Below, one piece after another: positions 11,972 to 23,030 of a DNA stretch of 64,000 bases. Below the pieces are notes generated by a model that was not told the origin of the DNA, ran no database searches, and saw only the letters and a list, made by a program, of their open reading frames with translations. Made by a program: the position numbers and the translations under genes. Each line of letters begins with the position of its first letter. Position 1 is the stretch's first letter. Source of the DNA: Eledone cirrhosa (Eukaryota); assembly GCA_964016885.1 (NCBI GenBank), contig OZ024741.1, forward strand, positions 191,456,001 to 191,520,000, in the 5' to 3' direction.

Positions 11972-14020
11972 TTAGAGATGCCTACTGGCTGTAGTAGGTT
12001 TTACTATGTATTTAGGTAAGGCAGGTCTTCTCTGTTACTGAGTACCGCCAAAGGTCTCGGTCCAGTGACATTGTCTTGGAGAGGTGTAAGTGTGTGAGGT
12101 CGGAGTTTATCAGCTCATCCCAGGTTTTTCTAGGTCTGCCTACTCCGTGGCTACCGTCTATCTTTATTGCCCTGCACTTTGTTATACAGCTATCGACTTT
12201 CATGCGCATCACGTGACCATACCAACGTAGCCTTCTCTCGAGTAAACAACATCTGATCCCTCTTATTTCTAATTTTTTCCTTAGTTCGTTTATGCTTTGC
12301 CGTTCACGTATATTACTGTTACACATCCAGCGGAGCATGCAAGCTTCGTTCCTCTCTAGTCTGCGTATATCCTCTGCACACAATGCCCAGGTCTCACTGC
12401 CATGCAGCATTGCTGTTCGTATGCAGGCATCGTACAACCTGCCTTTCATTTTTAGGGAGAACCCTTTAGCAGCTAATAGTGGTATAAGCTCTCTGAACTT
12501 TTTCCAACCAGTTCTGACTCTAGCTACTGTACTTTCAGAGCACCCTCCCCCACTGCTGATTTTATCACCCAGGTAACGGAAACTGTCCACTATTTCTATA
12601 GAACCCTCTGCGCAATTGAAAGAGCTAGTATTTTGTGGGCACTTGCTGCTACTTATTGCACCAGAGCACCGGCCACATGTAAAATCTATGTTCTTAGTTA
12701 GCTTACCTGTGATCCCACTACATCTTTTATGCACCCATACTTTGCATTTAGGACATAAAATGGAGTTTCTACCTACGCCTTTCCTACACACCGAGCACGA
12801 CCATTTCCCAGAAGGGACCGCCGCCTTATTTTCTTTCCTACAAACTAGAACTTTAGTCTTAGCCAGGTTAATTTTAAGGCCTTTTGATTCTAGGCCGTGC
12901 TTCCATGTTTGGAATTTCTTCTCTAGCTCGGCCATTGATTCCGCTATGAGTGTCAGGTCGTCTGCGTATAGGAGTTCCCATGGGCAGCCGGTCTTGAACT
13001 CCTCTGTTATAGCCTGAAGGGCAATAATAAATAGTAGGGGGCTGAGAACAGAGCCCTGATGGACGCCAACTTTTACGCTAAACTCTTCACTATATTCGTT
13101 GTTAATTCTAACCTTGCTGACTGTTTCTTTATACATGGCTTGTATAGCTCTCACAAGCCATTCGTCAACGCCTAGTTTTCTAAGAGCCCACCAGATAATG
13201 GAGCGGGGGACTCTGTCGAAGGCTTTCTCCAAGTCGACAAAAGCTAAGTAGAGGGGTTTACCTTTAGCTAGGTACTTCTCCTGTAGTTGTCGTACAATGA
13301 AAAGAGCGTCTGTGGTACTTTTGCCTGACACAAACCCGAACTGCATTTCATCTAGGTCAATTCTCTCTCTGATTAGTTGTGCTATTACTTTTTCCGTGAC
13401 CTTCATGACCTGGTCGATTAATTTAATGCCTCTATAGTTACTCCTATCTAGGGCGTCTCCTTTACCCTTATAACAGTTAACGATGATGCTGCTATGCCAG
13501 TCCTTCGGAACAACCCCATTCTGTACGACTTGGTTAACTATGCGGGTGACCATGGTGTGTCCCACCGTGCCAGATGCCTTCAGCATCTCAGCAACTATTT
13601 CCGAAGGTCCAGCCGCCTTACCCGTCTTCATATCCTTGATTGCCTTACTTATTATACTCCCCTCGACTAACACTGCTGGTCCCTCTATTGGGTCGATATG
13701 GGGGAGACTGTCTTTCTCCCATTTATTCTCCTCATTTAGTAGCCTTTCATAGTGACACTTCCAAGCTACCTTCTTATCAGCGTCGGTGATGGCAAGTGTG
13801 CCATCGACGTTTAGTACACACTTCTCCCCGACAATATCACGGTTTTCCTTGACGCATTGCCTAGCAATCCTGAACACCTCACGTTTTTGGTCATCGCGTT
13901 GTAGAACATGCTTGAACTTTCTTTCCTCAGCTTCCCTTCTTTCTAAGTACACTTGTCTCCTAGCTTCCCTCCTGGCCACTTGATAGTCTTCTCTACTTCC
14001 CCCATCCTGCCATACTTCAT
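11965..14020 (-). mobile_element. RTE-clade LINE (family B), 5'-truncated, bounded by (TA)n on both sides
   Basis: Contains the uninterrupted RT reading frame listed next. Its 3' region matches the copy at 52700-52950. Confidence 0.9.
12012..14015 (-). CDS. RTE reverse transcriptase ORF (about 665 aa, endonuclease missing) with an internal C4HC3 PHD-like finger
   Basis: Stop-free frame with NYRGIKL, QFGF, FVDLEKAFDRVP, GVHQGSVLSPLLF, LLYADD, FRYLG, MLHGSETW, RLRWYGHV and GRPRKTW. The listed N-terminal MFIIYIY comes from (TA)n. Confidence 0.85.
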   Translation of the reverse strand, partial: VWQDGGSREDYQVARREARRQVYLERREAEERKFKHVLQRDDQKREVFRIARQCVKENRDIVGEKCVLNVDGTLAITDADKKVAWKCHYERLLNEENKWEKDSLPHIDPIEGPAVLVEGSIISKAIKDMKTGKAAGPSEIVAEMLKASGTVGHTMVTRIVNQVVQNGVVPKDWHSSIIVNCYKGKGDALDRSNYRGIKLIDQVMKVTEKVIAQLIRERIDLDEMQFGFVSGKSTTDALFIVRQLQEKYLAKGKPLYLAFVDLEKAFDRVPRSIIWWALRKLGVDEWLVRAIQAMYKETVSKVRINNEYSEEFSVKVGVHQGSVLSPLLFIIALQAITEEFKTGCPWELLYADDLTLIAESMAELEKKFQTWKHGLESKGLKINLAKTKVLVCRKENKAAVPSGKWSCSVCRKGVGRNSILCPKCKVWVHKRCSGITGKLTKNIDFTCGRCSGAISSSKCPQNTSSFNCAEGSIEIVDSFRYLGDKISSGGGCSESTVARVRTGWKKFRELIPLLAAKGFSLKMKGRLYDACIRTAMLHGSETWALCAEDIRRLERNEACMLRWMCNSNIRERQSINELRKKLEIRGIRCCLLERRLRWYGHVMRMKVDSCITKCRAIKIDGSHGVGRPRKTWDELINSDLTHLHLSKTMSLDRDLWRYSVTEKTCLT

Positions 14021-14059
14021 ATATATATATAATAAACATATATTATCTCACAAAAGCCT

Positions 14060-14435
14060 GCTCAGTGCACTCCTCATGTGAATGGAGTTCCACTGAAGCA
14101 TGTGGAGAAGTTCAAGTATCTCGGGGCTGTGTTCATGAGTGATGGAAGGCAGGAGGCTGAATTAAGTGCAAGAATTGCAGGAGCTGGGGCAGTAATGTAC
14201 CAGCTTCAGCATTCAGTAATCAGAAGAAGGGAGGTAGGTGTAAAAGCCAAACTCAAACTCACTAATCTTCAATTCAGTATTAGTGCCAACCTTTACCTAT
14301 GGTCATGGTAATGACCGAAAGAATACAATTGCGAATAAAAGTGGCCGAAATGAGGTTCCTCTGAAGGGTCTTTGGGGTAATGTGACTTGATAGTGTATAG
14401 CTTGGAGATCAGAGAGTCACTCTAGGTAGAGCCGC
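14060..14435 (+). mobile_element. RTE-like LINE fragment of another family
   Basis: NGVPLKHVEKFKYLGAVFMSDGRQEAELSARI (post-RT region), then frameshifted. Confidence 0.65.
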
Positions 14436-14475
14436 TAGTATATATATATGTATGTATTCTTTATTATGGGTAATT

Positions 14476-14540
14476 GATGAGTCTTGTTGCTCTGGAGTTT
14501 CATCTGTGCACACACAGGATCCTCAGATAAGGCACTCATC
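14476..14540 (-). ncRNA. Degenerate type I hammerhead-like motif
   Basis: Minus strand reads GAUGAGUGCCUUAU-CUGAGGA-UC[CUGUG-UGUG-CACAG]AU-GAAA-CUC-CA-GAG-CA-ACAAGACUCAUC. U16.1 is replaced by C. Confidence 0.5.
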
Positions 14541-14730
14541 CACATACCAACCAACCTACTTACCAACCTACCAAATGCCCTACACACATGTATCTACTTG
14601 TCTACTTACTCATCTACTCACCCACATTGCCATAGTTTAACGAGTGAAATCATTTAAAGAGTATAAGCATACCTGCATATGTTTCCTTAAATCCCTATTT
14701 AATTAGAAGGTAACTGAATAGAATTGCTGT

Positions 14731-15305
14731 ATCTATCTGGTTTACAATAGGTACACTGATCCCTGAGTCTATCTGGTTTACAATAGGTACACTGATCCCT
14801 GAGTCTATCAGTTTACAATAGGTACGCTGATCCCTGAGTCTATCTGGTTTACAATAGGTACACTGATCCCTGAGTCTATCAGTTTACAATAGGTACGCTG
14901 ATCCCTGAGTCTATCTGGTTTAAAATAGGTACACTGATCCCTGAGTCTATCTGGTTTACAATAGGCACACTGATCCCTGAGTCTCTCTGGTTTAAAATAG
15001 GTACACTGTATGCATTTGGTTTACAATAGGCACACTGATCCCTGAGTCTATCAGTTTACAATAGGTACACTGATCCCTGAGTCTCTCTGGTTTAAAATAG
15101 GTACACTGTATGCATTTGGTTTACAATAGGCACACTGATCCCTGAGTCTATCAGTTTACAATAGGTACACTGATCCCTGAGTCTATCTGCTTTAAAATAG
15201 GCACACTGAATACCTGTGTCTATCTGGTTTACAATAGGTACATTGCATCCTTTATGTACCTGCTTTAGAAGAGGTAAACTGTATCCCTTTGTATATCTAC
15301 AATAG
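14731..15305. repeat. 35/36-bp minisatellite
   Basis: Unit ctgatccctgagtctatctggtttacaataggtaca, with starts at 14756 and 14792. About 15 copies, degenerate at the edges. Confidence 0.95.
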
Positions 15306-16694
15306 ATACACTTCATCTTTGTGTGTCTTTAGAGGCCAGGAAGGACATCTGGCTGTAAAAACAATTGCCCCTTTTATTGTGGTAAGAAATTTTTGGGAGA
15401 TCTTGAGAGCAGAACATCTTCAGAAAAGAAACCACCCTCAAACTAATATTTCAGCTCTTAACATCTTACACTGAAAGGGGGGTGGGCCACAACCAGGTCA
15501 TGACTCCTGGGTGTCCTTCTGCTGACATTTAGCTATTCAGATATCTGAGACTTGTTTTGTTATATAATTGAATATACACAATTATGAAAAGAAGTGTGTG
15601 TGTGGGGGGGGGGGGGGGGGGGGTTAGATGATGTTTTTATACAACACAATATTTGAGAATAGAAACGTAAAATATAAATAAAATCAATAAAATTAAACAG
15701 TCAATCCAATAAAACAGTTTCAGTGAATAATTTTTCTTAATTTAGTTTCAATATCGAAAATAAGTTAATGATTTATCTGGAGATATGTGATTGTCTCTGA
15801 TTTTATTACTAAAATTAATGTACCACAATATCGATAAATAATCAATACAGTTGGATTTTATTGTTTTATTTTTTCCCTTAAAATTATATCTGAAGTAGAT
15901 GTGCAATAAATAAAGAAAAACATTTGTCTCTCCCTTACACAGCCTCCACTCCCTCCTCTGTCTCTCCGCTACTCATCCTCCACTCTCTCTTGCTCAGCCA
16001 TCGCTCCCTTCTCTGTCTCTCAGGGGAGAGCCCCCACTCCCTCCGCCGTCTAAACCCGACCCCCACCCCCATGCTAAATGACATTTTAATGTGAAATCAC
16101 TGAACCTGAACTATAAATATTTTAATAGAACCAAATAAAAATGTCAGCAAAATATAAAATAAACAATATTGATGAAAGAAAAGAGAGAAAATATTTACAA
16201 CTAGCGGGACCCGGGACCCATAGAAATTCCACAGACGAAAAAATTAAGAGGAGTTATTTAAGAGACGTTCGTATTGTTGTATATTATCTCTTCTCTCCTT
16301 TTGTTTTGGTCTACTTTGCTCTAAAATGATATGCCTCTGTTCTTCATTCTTTTCCTCGCGTCTCTGTACACACATCTATTCATTACAATTGTGTGTGTGT
16401 ATGTGCATACATTTATATGTCTGAGTATATAAATATAAACATGCAAACACACATACACTCACACAAGTGTAGCTAATCTTGGAACGCTCATCGCTATAGT
16501 GTTTCACCAGCCCTTTCCTTCCTCAATAATTATATAGCTGCGTACATATGTAATAATTATTTTGTATCATTTGTCTATTTATGAATATGTATGAATATGT
16601 ATTTATATGTCGATGTGTGTGTGTGTGTAACTGAAGCGTAACATGAACAAATTGATGAAACACACCAAGAATTATAATTCTTGGTGTCTTTCAT

Positions 16695-19320
16695 CACAAC
16701 ACTGTCACCTCCTTCTCACAACACTGTCACTTTCTCCTCACTTATGTGTTGTGAGGAGGAGGTGACAGTGTTGTGAGGAGGAGGTGACATTGTTGTGAGG
16801 AGATGACAGTGTTGTGAGGAGGAGGTGACAGTGTTGTGAGGAGGTGACAGTGTTGTGAGTAGGAGGTGACAGTGTTGTGAGGAGGAGGTGACAGTGTTGT
16901 GAGGAGGTGACAGTGTTGTGAGGAGAAGGTGACAGTGTTGTGAGGAGGAGGTGTCATTGTTGTGAGGAGGAGGTGACATTGTTGTGAGGAGGAAGTGACA
17001 GTGTTGTGAGGAGGAGGTGACAATGTTGTGAGGGGGAGGTGACAGTGTTGTGAGGAGGCGGTGACAGTGTTGTGAGGAGGAGGTGACAGTGTTGTGAGGA
17101 AGAGGTGACATTGTTGTGAGAAGGTGACAGTGTTGTGAGGAGGAAGTGACAGTGTTGTGAGGAGGTGACAGTGTTGTGAGGAGGTGACAGTGTTGTGAGG
17201 AGAAGGTGACATTGTTGTGAGGAGGAGGTGACAGTGTTGTGAGGAGGTGACATTGTTGTGAGGAGGCGGTGAGAGTGTTGTGAGGAGGGGTGACATTGTT
17301 GTGAGGAGAAGGTGACAGTGTTGTGAGGAGGAGGTGACAGTGTTGTGAGGAGGAGGTGACAGTGTTGTGAGGGGGAGGTGACAGTGTTGTGAGGAGGTGG
17401 TGACAGTGTTGTGAGGAGGAGGTGACAGTGTTGTGAGGAAGAGGTGACATTGTTGTGAGAAGGTGACAGTGTTGTGAGGAGGAAGTGACAGTGTTGTGAG
17501 GAGGTGACAGTGTTGTGAGGAGGTGACAGTGTTGTGAGGAGAAGGTGATATTGTTGTGAGGAGGAGGTGACAGTGTTGTGAGGAGGTGACATTGTTGTGA
17601 GGAGGCAGTGAGAGTGTTGTGAGGAGGGGTGACATTGTTGTGAGGAGAAGGTGACAGTGTTGTGAGGAGGAGGTGACAGTGTTGTGAGGAGGTGACAGTG
17701 TTGTGAGGAGCAGGTGACAGTGTTGTGAGGAGGAGGTGACATTGTTGTGAGGAGGCGGTGAGAGTGTTGTGAGGAGGAGGTGACATTGTTGTGAGGAGGC
17801 GGTGAGAGTGTTGTGAGGAGGGGTGACAGTGTTGTGAGGAGGAGGTGACAGTGTTGTGAGGAGGTGACAGTGTTGTGAGGAGAAGGTGACATTGTTGTGA
17901 GGAGGAGGTGACATTGTTGTGAGGAGGCAGTGACAGTGTTGTGAGGAGGTGACAGTGTTGTGTGGAGGAGGTGACAGTGTTGTGAGGAGGTGGTGACAGT
18001 GTTGTGAGGAGGTGACAGTGTTGTGAGGAGGAGGTGGCAGTGTTGTGAGGAGGTGACAGTGTTGTGAGAAGGAGGTGACAGTGTTGTGAGGAGGTGACAG
18101 TGTTGTGAGAAGGAGGTGACAGTGTTGTGAGGAGGTGACATTGTTGTGAGGAGGAGGTGACAATGTTGTTAGGAGGAGGTGACAGTGTTGTGAGAAGGAG
18201 GTGACAGTGTTGTGAGAAGGAGGTGACAGTGTTGTGAGGAGGAAGTGACAGTGTTGTGAGGAGGAGGTGACAGTGTTGTGAGAAGGAGGTGACAGTGTTG
18301 TGAGAAGGAGGTGACAGTGTTGTGAGGAGGTGACAATGTTGTGGGGAGGAGGTGACAGTGTTGTGAGAAGGAGGTGACAGTGTTGTGAGAAGGAGGTGAC
18401 AGTGTTGTGAGGAGGAGGTGACAATGTTGTTAGGAGGAGGTGACAGTGTTGTTAGGAGGAGGTGACAGTGTTGTGAGAAGGAGGTGACAGTGTTGTGAGA
18501 AGGAGGTGACAGTGTTGTGAGGAGGTGACAGTGTTGTGAGGAGGAGGTGACAGTGTTGTGAGAAGGGGGTGACAGTGTTGTGAGGAGGTGACAGTGTTGT
18601 GAGGAGGAGGTGACAGTGTTGTGAGAAGGAGGTGACAGTGTTGTGAGAAGGAGGTGACAGTGTTGTGAGGAGGTGACATTGTTGTGAGGAGGAGGTGACA
18701 GTGTTGTTAGGAGGAGGTGACAGTATTGTGAGAAGGAGGTGACAGTGTTGTGAGAAGGAGGTGACAGTGTTGTGAGGAGGTGACAGTGTTGTGAGGAGGA
18801 GGTGACAGTGTTGTGAGGAGGTGGTGACAGTGTTGTGAGGAGGAGGTGACAGTGTTGTGAGAAGGAGGTGACAGTGTTGTGAGGAGGTGACATTGTTGTG
18901 AGGAGGTGACAGTGTTGTGAGAAGGAGGTGACAGTGTTGTGAGGAGTCGCATTGTTGTGAGGAGGTGACAGTGTTGTGAGAAGGAGGTGACAGTGTTGTC
19001 TGGAGGTGACAGTGTTGTGAGAAGGAGGTGACAGTGTTGTGAGGAGGTGACAGTGTTGGGAGAAGGAGGTGACAGTGTTGTGAGGGTGACCTCCTCCTCA
19101 CAACACTCTCACCCCCTCCTCACAACACCGTCACCTCCTCCCCACAACACTGTCACCTCCTCCTCACAACACTGTTACTCCTTCCTCACAACACCATCAC
19201 CTTCTCCTCACAACACTGTCACATCCTCCGCAAGACACTCTCACCTACTCACAACACTGTCACCTCTTCCTCACAACACCGTCACCCTCTCCTCACAACA
19301 CTGTCACCTCCTCTTCACAA
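16695..19320. repeat. 19/22-bp minisatellite with an inverted central block
   Basis: Units gtgacagtgttgtgaggag(gag) run from about 16745 to 19085. Reverse-complement units flank them at 16695-16742 and 19087-19320. Confidence 0.95.
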
Positions 19321-19324
19321 AAGA

Positions 19325-20810
19325 TCTGGTTTTCCATATGTCCTGACATATGTCATAACAACATGTGAATGATGATGGAAGGATTATAAGTTGCCCCATG
19401 TTTTGAATATCCCCATCTCTCCTCAGAGCATCTTGGAGATGAACATAATGTTCAGCCCTTAACTCTTCTTGATTGTTTTGAATGTAGAGCAGACGCTCAC
19501 TCTCAACTTTAGTATACATATTAACCAGGTATTAATTAAATAGATCATGATACATGCGTAATCGACTTGATTGTTCTGGTCTTATCATCAGTTAGTAAGA
19601 ATGGAAGTCATTTGACGACACCTTTTTGTTTGTAATTGGCTCTCCAGTTGCAGGTTCAATCTGTAGAATATTGAAATGATACCCATATTGTCCACACCAC
19701 AAAATAAGAGGATACTGGAGAGCATCATAAGAGGTATGTGTCTCTGAAACATGTTTAAGTTTGTTATCTCAAGCACAAATGAGAATATCACAATTTGCAT
19801 GGGGATCACCTACCACTATAAGGATGACTACTTCATTAGATGTGTGCTCATTAAAACGATGTACATGTTCACCATGGGGTCGTTTGTCAGCATGGATAAC
19901 AATTTGATGATCACCTTGAGATTGGTGTTCAATAACTGTTTTAAAGGCTTGCACCAAGACATTGTTTTCATGCAACATATTTTACAATTGATGAACAATG
20001 TTTGTATCCAAATTTCTGAAGTTTTGACACCTCCTTCGGGTTTGTTGTTCTACGTCACTCATAAAGTTAAATGTGGAGGAACTTTGGTTGTTCATTTGTG
20101 GGCCAATGAGGTGATAGTCTTGCCCTTGAACTTTGAATGTCGGCATAAATCCATGTTCAACTATCTCCTTAGATGCACCAAACGATGTCATTTAAAATGT
20201 AGAGTTGTATTGTCTAATATTGTTCAGTAAATCCATTGACTGGATGGAAGTGTCTTCCAGAAGATCCATAAGAGGTTGAGGAGGAGTTGGTAGTGCTGGC
20301 AATCTTACCTTACCGCCTGAGCAGCACATGCCATTTGTTTCATTTGGAAATTTTAAAGCTTTACAGAAATGACAATTTGAGTTTAGCACACCAATTTGGA
20401 CAGAATTATCATTTTTATAAGATTGAGATGGATCATATCTTAAAGCAGCACCAGGAGTTGTGAAAAACCAATTTGTACATGGTCTGTTTCTGAGAGTTAT
20501 TATATTGGACCTATATCTAATCTGGCATGCTAAACGTTATGCCTTTGCTGATCTTGAGAAAGTCTCATCTTCCTTCTGTCTTGAGACTCCATCTGACATG
20601 CTACAGCATGCTTTTGCTTATCTTGGGAAAGTCTCATCTCCCTTCTGTCTTGAAACTCCATCTGAGATGCTGCAGCATACTTTTGCTGATCTTGAGAAAG
20701 TCTCATCTCCCTTCTCTCTTGGGACTCTCGCCTTCGGTTTCTTCAATCCTCCTTACTTTATACATATTTCTTGAGAGATTACCTCTTTTCTTTGGTGACA
20801 TATTTTTTTT
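19325..20810 (-). pseudogene. Helitron RepHel N-terminal region, frameshifted
   Basis: CHFCKALKFPNETNGMCCSGGKV, NIRQYNSTF/MTSFGA, GFMPTFKVQGQ, GEHVHRFN, KVESERLLYIQNNQEELRAEHYVHLQDAL, ILPSSFT. Confidence 0.9.
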
Positions 20811-22156
20811 AATATTGTAAACAACATACACAGCTTTCTATGTGGCATATTTTTTCAGTATTGCAAACAAATAAGTATCAACATCCAAAAGAAATATATA
20901 TCTTCCTTGCTTTATACGTGCTTCTTGAGCGATTACCTCTTATAAGCAGTTGTATATATGTCTCTATTTTTGTATGCAGTGTAAATTAACCATATACAAA
21001 ATGTGACATCGTCATGATGGTAGTGGTATAAAATGTGCTGACACCTGCCACTTCATTTTTTTTCTCAAGAGTTTCACCTCCAGCCGTTCGTTATGTCAGT
21101 CAACACACATACACTCACACGCACATACACTCTAACATACATTCACATACATATACTAAGACAGACATATACACATACAAAATGTGACGTCTACACTCAT
21201 ATACACTCACACACATTTTGTATATGTATGTGTAGATGTGTGCGTGTAATTCTCTGAGGCCTAACGTATGTAATGAATACACAAATACACACACACTCAC
21301 AGACACATACACACTCATATACAAAATGTGATGTCGTCATCATCATGGTGGTGGTATAAAATGTCCTTTACTATAGTTGACTACTATAGAAAGATTATTT
21401 TAGATAAAATGTTAATTGTTTTAATCAAAATGAAAATAAAAATTACATGTTGACACTCCCGGGGTCTAATACCGTGTAAAATTTAATTTGATTTGGTAGA
21501 GCCATTTGAGAATGCATAGGAACAGACAGACAGACAGGCAAAGAATTTTATATAGAGAGAGATAATGACCTTGACGCTCAAATATAAATAATGTAAATAA
21601 CAATTCAAATGAAAAAAAAAAATAATAATAGATTAATTTAACAATAACACTGCTGAGGCATTTTCCTTATATTATTATTTATTACATTAATAGACAAATC
21701 CAGTTGATTCTCCTTTGGAGAATGATTACTATTCAGAATATGGAAAAGAATTCAAGAAGTTGAAATCGATTATTGTGATTGCCGAAATAATAAAAAAAAA
21801 AATTGAAAAAATAAAACTCAATGGTAAAATTATGAAATGAATTAGAGTAAAAAAAATTCCTTGTTGCTCAAATATGAATAATGTAAATAACAATTTAAAT
21901 GAAAAAAAATATATATTGAATTAATTTAACAATAACCTCGTGACAGAATATTATATTCAACAACACATAATATTGATAAAATTTCATCAGTAGCGAGTAT
22001 AATGTTTTATTTTAAATTGTCCACTTAATTATAGTTTGTTTTTTTTTCAGTTTTGGTTTTACTTTTGGTTTAATTTTTTTTTTTGTTGTTGGTTTGTTTT
22101 CTCTATCTAAACAACTTCATCATAAAAAATGTTTTGAACTTTTTCATCTTTTGTGT

Positions 22157-22432
22157 AATAATTGTTTCTACTTTTGGCACAAGGCCAGCAATTATCCCAG
22201 TGCATTACTGGTACTTTATTTTATCGACCCCGTGAGGATGAAAGGCAAAGTTAACCTCAGCGGGATTTGAACTCAGAACGTAAAGGGCCATAACACCTAT
22301 GCTTGCAAAGCATGGTGTCTGATGCTCTCTACAAAGCATCGTGTCTGGTGATAATTGTTTCTACTTTTGGCACAAAGCCAGCAATTATCCCAGTGTATTA
22401 CTGGTACTTTATTTTATCAACCCTGTAAGGAT
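22157..22432 (-). mobile_element. SINE family A, one copy plus a second 3' fragment in tandem
   Basis: ataattgtttctacttttggcacaa...ttttatcgacccc occurs at about 22158 and again at about 22351. Confidence 0.85.
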
Positions 22433-22936
22433 GTCTGGTAATAATAAAGATTATTAGGATCTTCCAATCTTGAAAGTGATACATATAGTTGTCCATGAGA
22501 AAATACTTCCTTTTTAAGATTGATACCAACTTTTTAAAATGTTTGACCTTGTGATTTATTTATTGTCAAAGCAAAAGATAGTTTAACTGAAAATTGTAAT
22601 CTTGTAAACCTCACTGGCTCCTCTGCAAGTAAATTAATTCTTCGTAATAATACTAATTCATTTTTGTATTTTCCATTTAGTATTTTTGCTTCAATTACAT
22701 TATTTGTAAGGGATTCCACTATTAACCTTGTTCCGTTGCATAACTTTGGAGTTTGTAAATTTCTCAAAAGAATAATTGGAGCTCCTTCCTTCAAATTCAA
22801 TTCATGTGGTGGACATCCTGATAATTCTAATGAATTTAAGAACTCAACCGGACAATCTACTGCTTTATTTGTATCCACTACTTGATCTATAGAATTGTAG
22901 GTTCTTAATCTATGTTCTACTTTGTTAAGTAATCAC

Positions 22937-23030
22937 ATGAACTCAGAACCCAGACTATAAAGGGCTGTAACCCTTTGTTATAAAGCATGGCATCCGACCC
23001 TCTACCGATACTACCAATCCACTGCCCACT
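22937..23030 (-). mobile_element. SINE family A, 5' half
   Basis: tgaactcagaac...ccgaccctctaccgatactaccaatccac. Confidence 0.7.

Larger units (their letters stand above)
16201..21562 (-). mobile_element. Helitron A: both termini present, Rep N-terminal half kept, helicase absent, minisatellite inside
   Basis: On the minus strand the 5' end is A|TCTCTCTCTATATAAAA...(CTGT)n at 21562 and the 3' end is ...GGGTCCCGCTAG|T at 16201, giving an A|T target. Rep fragments lie at 19325-20810. Confidence 0.7.

Noticed and set aside
12292-13983. Plus-strand ORFs overlapping the RTE (similarly at 46197, 53032, 53650)
   Set aside because: They are antisense shadows of RT coding sequence with no independent motifs.
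16716-19346. Long His/Pro/Thr/Ser-rich ORFs (up to 725 aa) in all three minus frames
   Set aside because: They result from a stop-free 19/22-bp minisatellite. All frames give the same cyclic peptide, and there is no gene structure.
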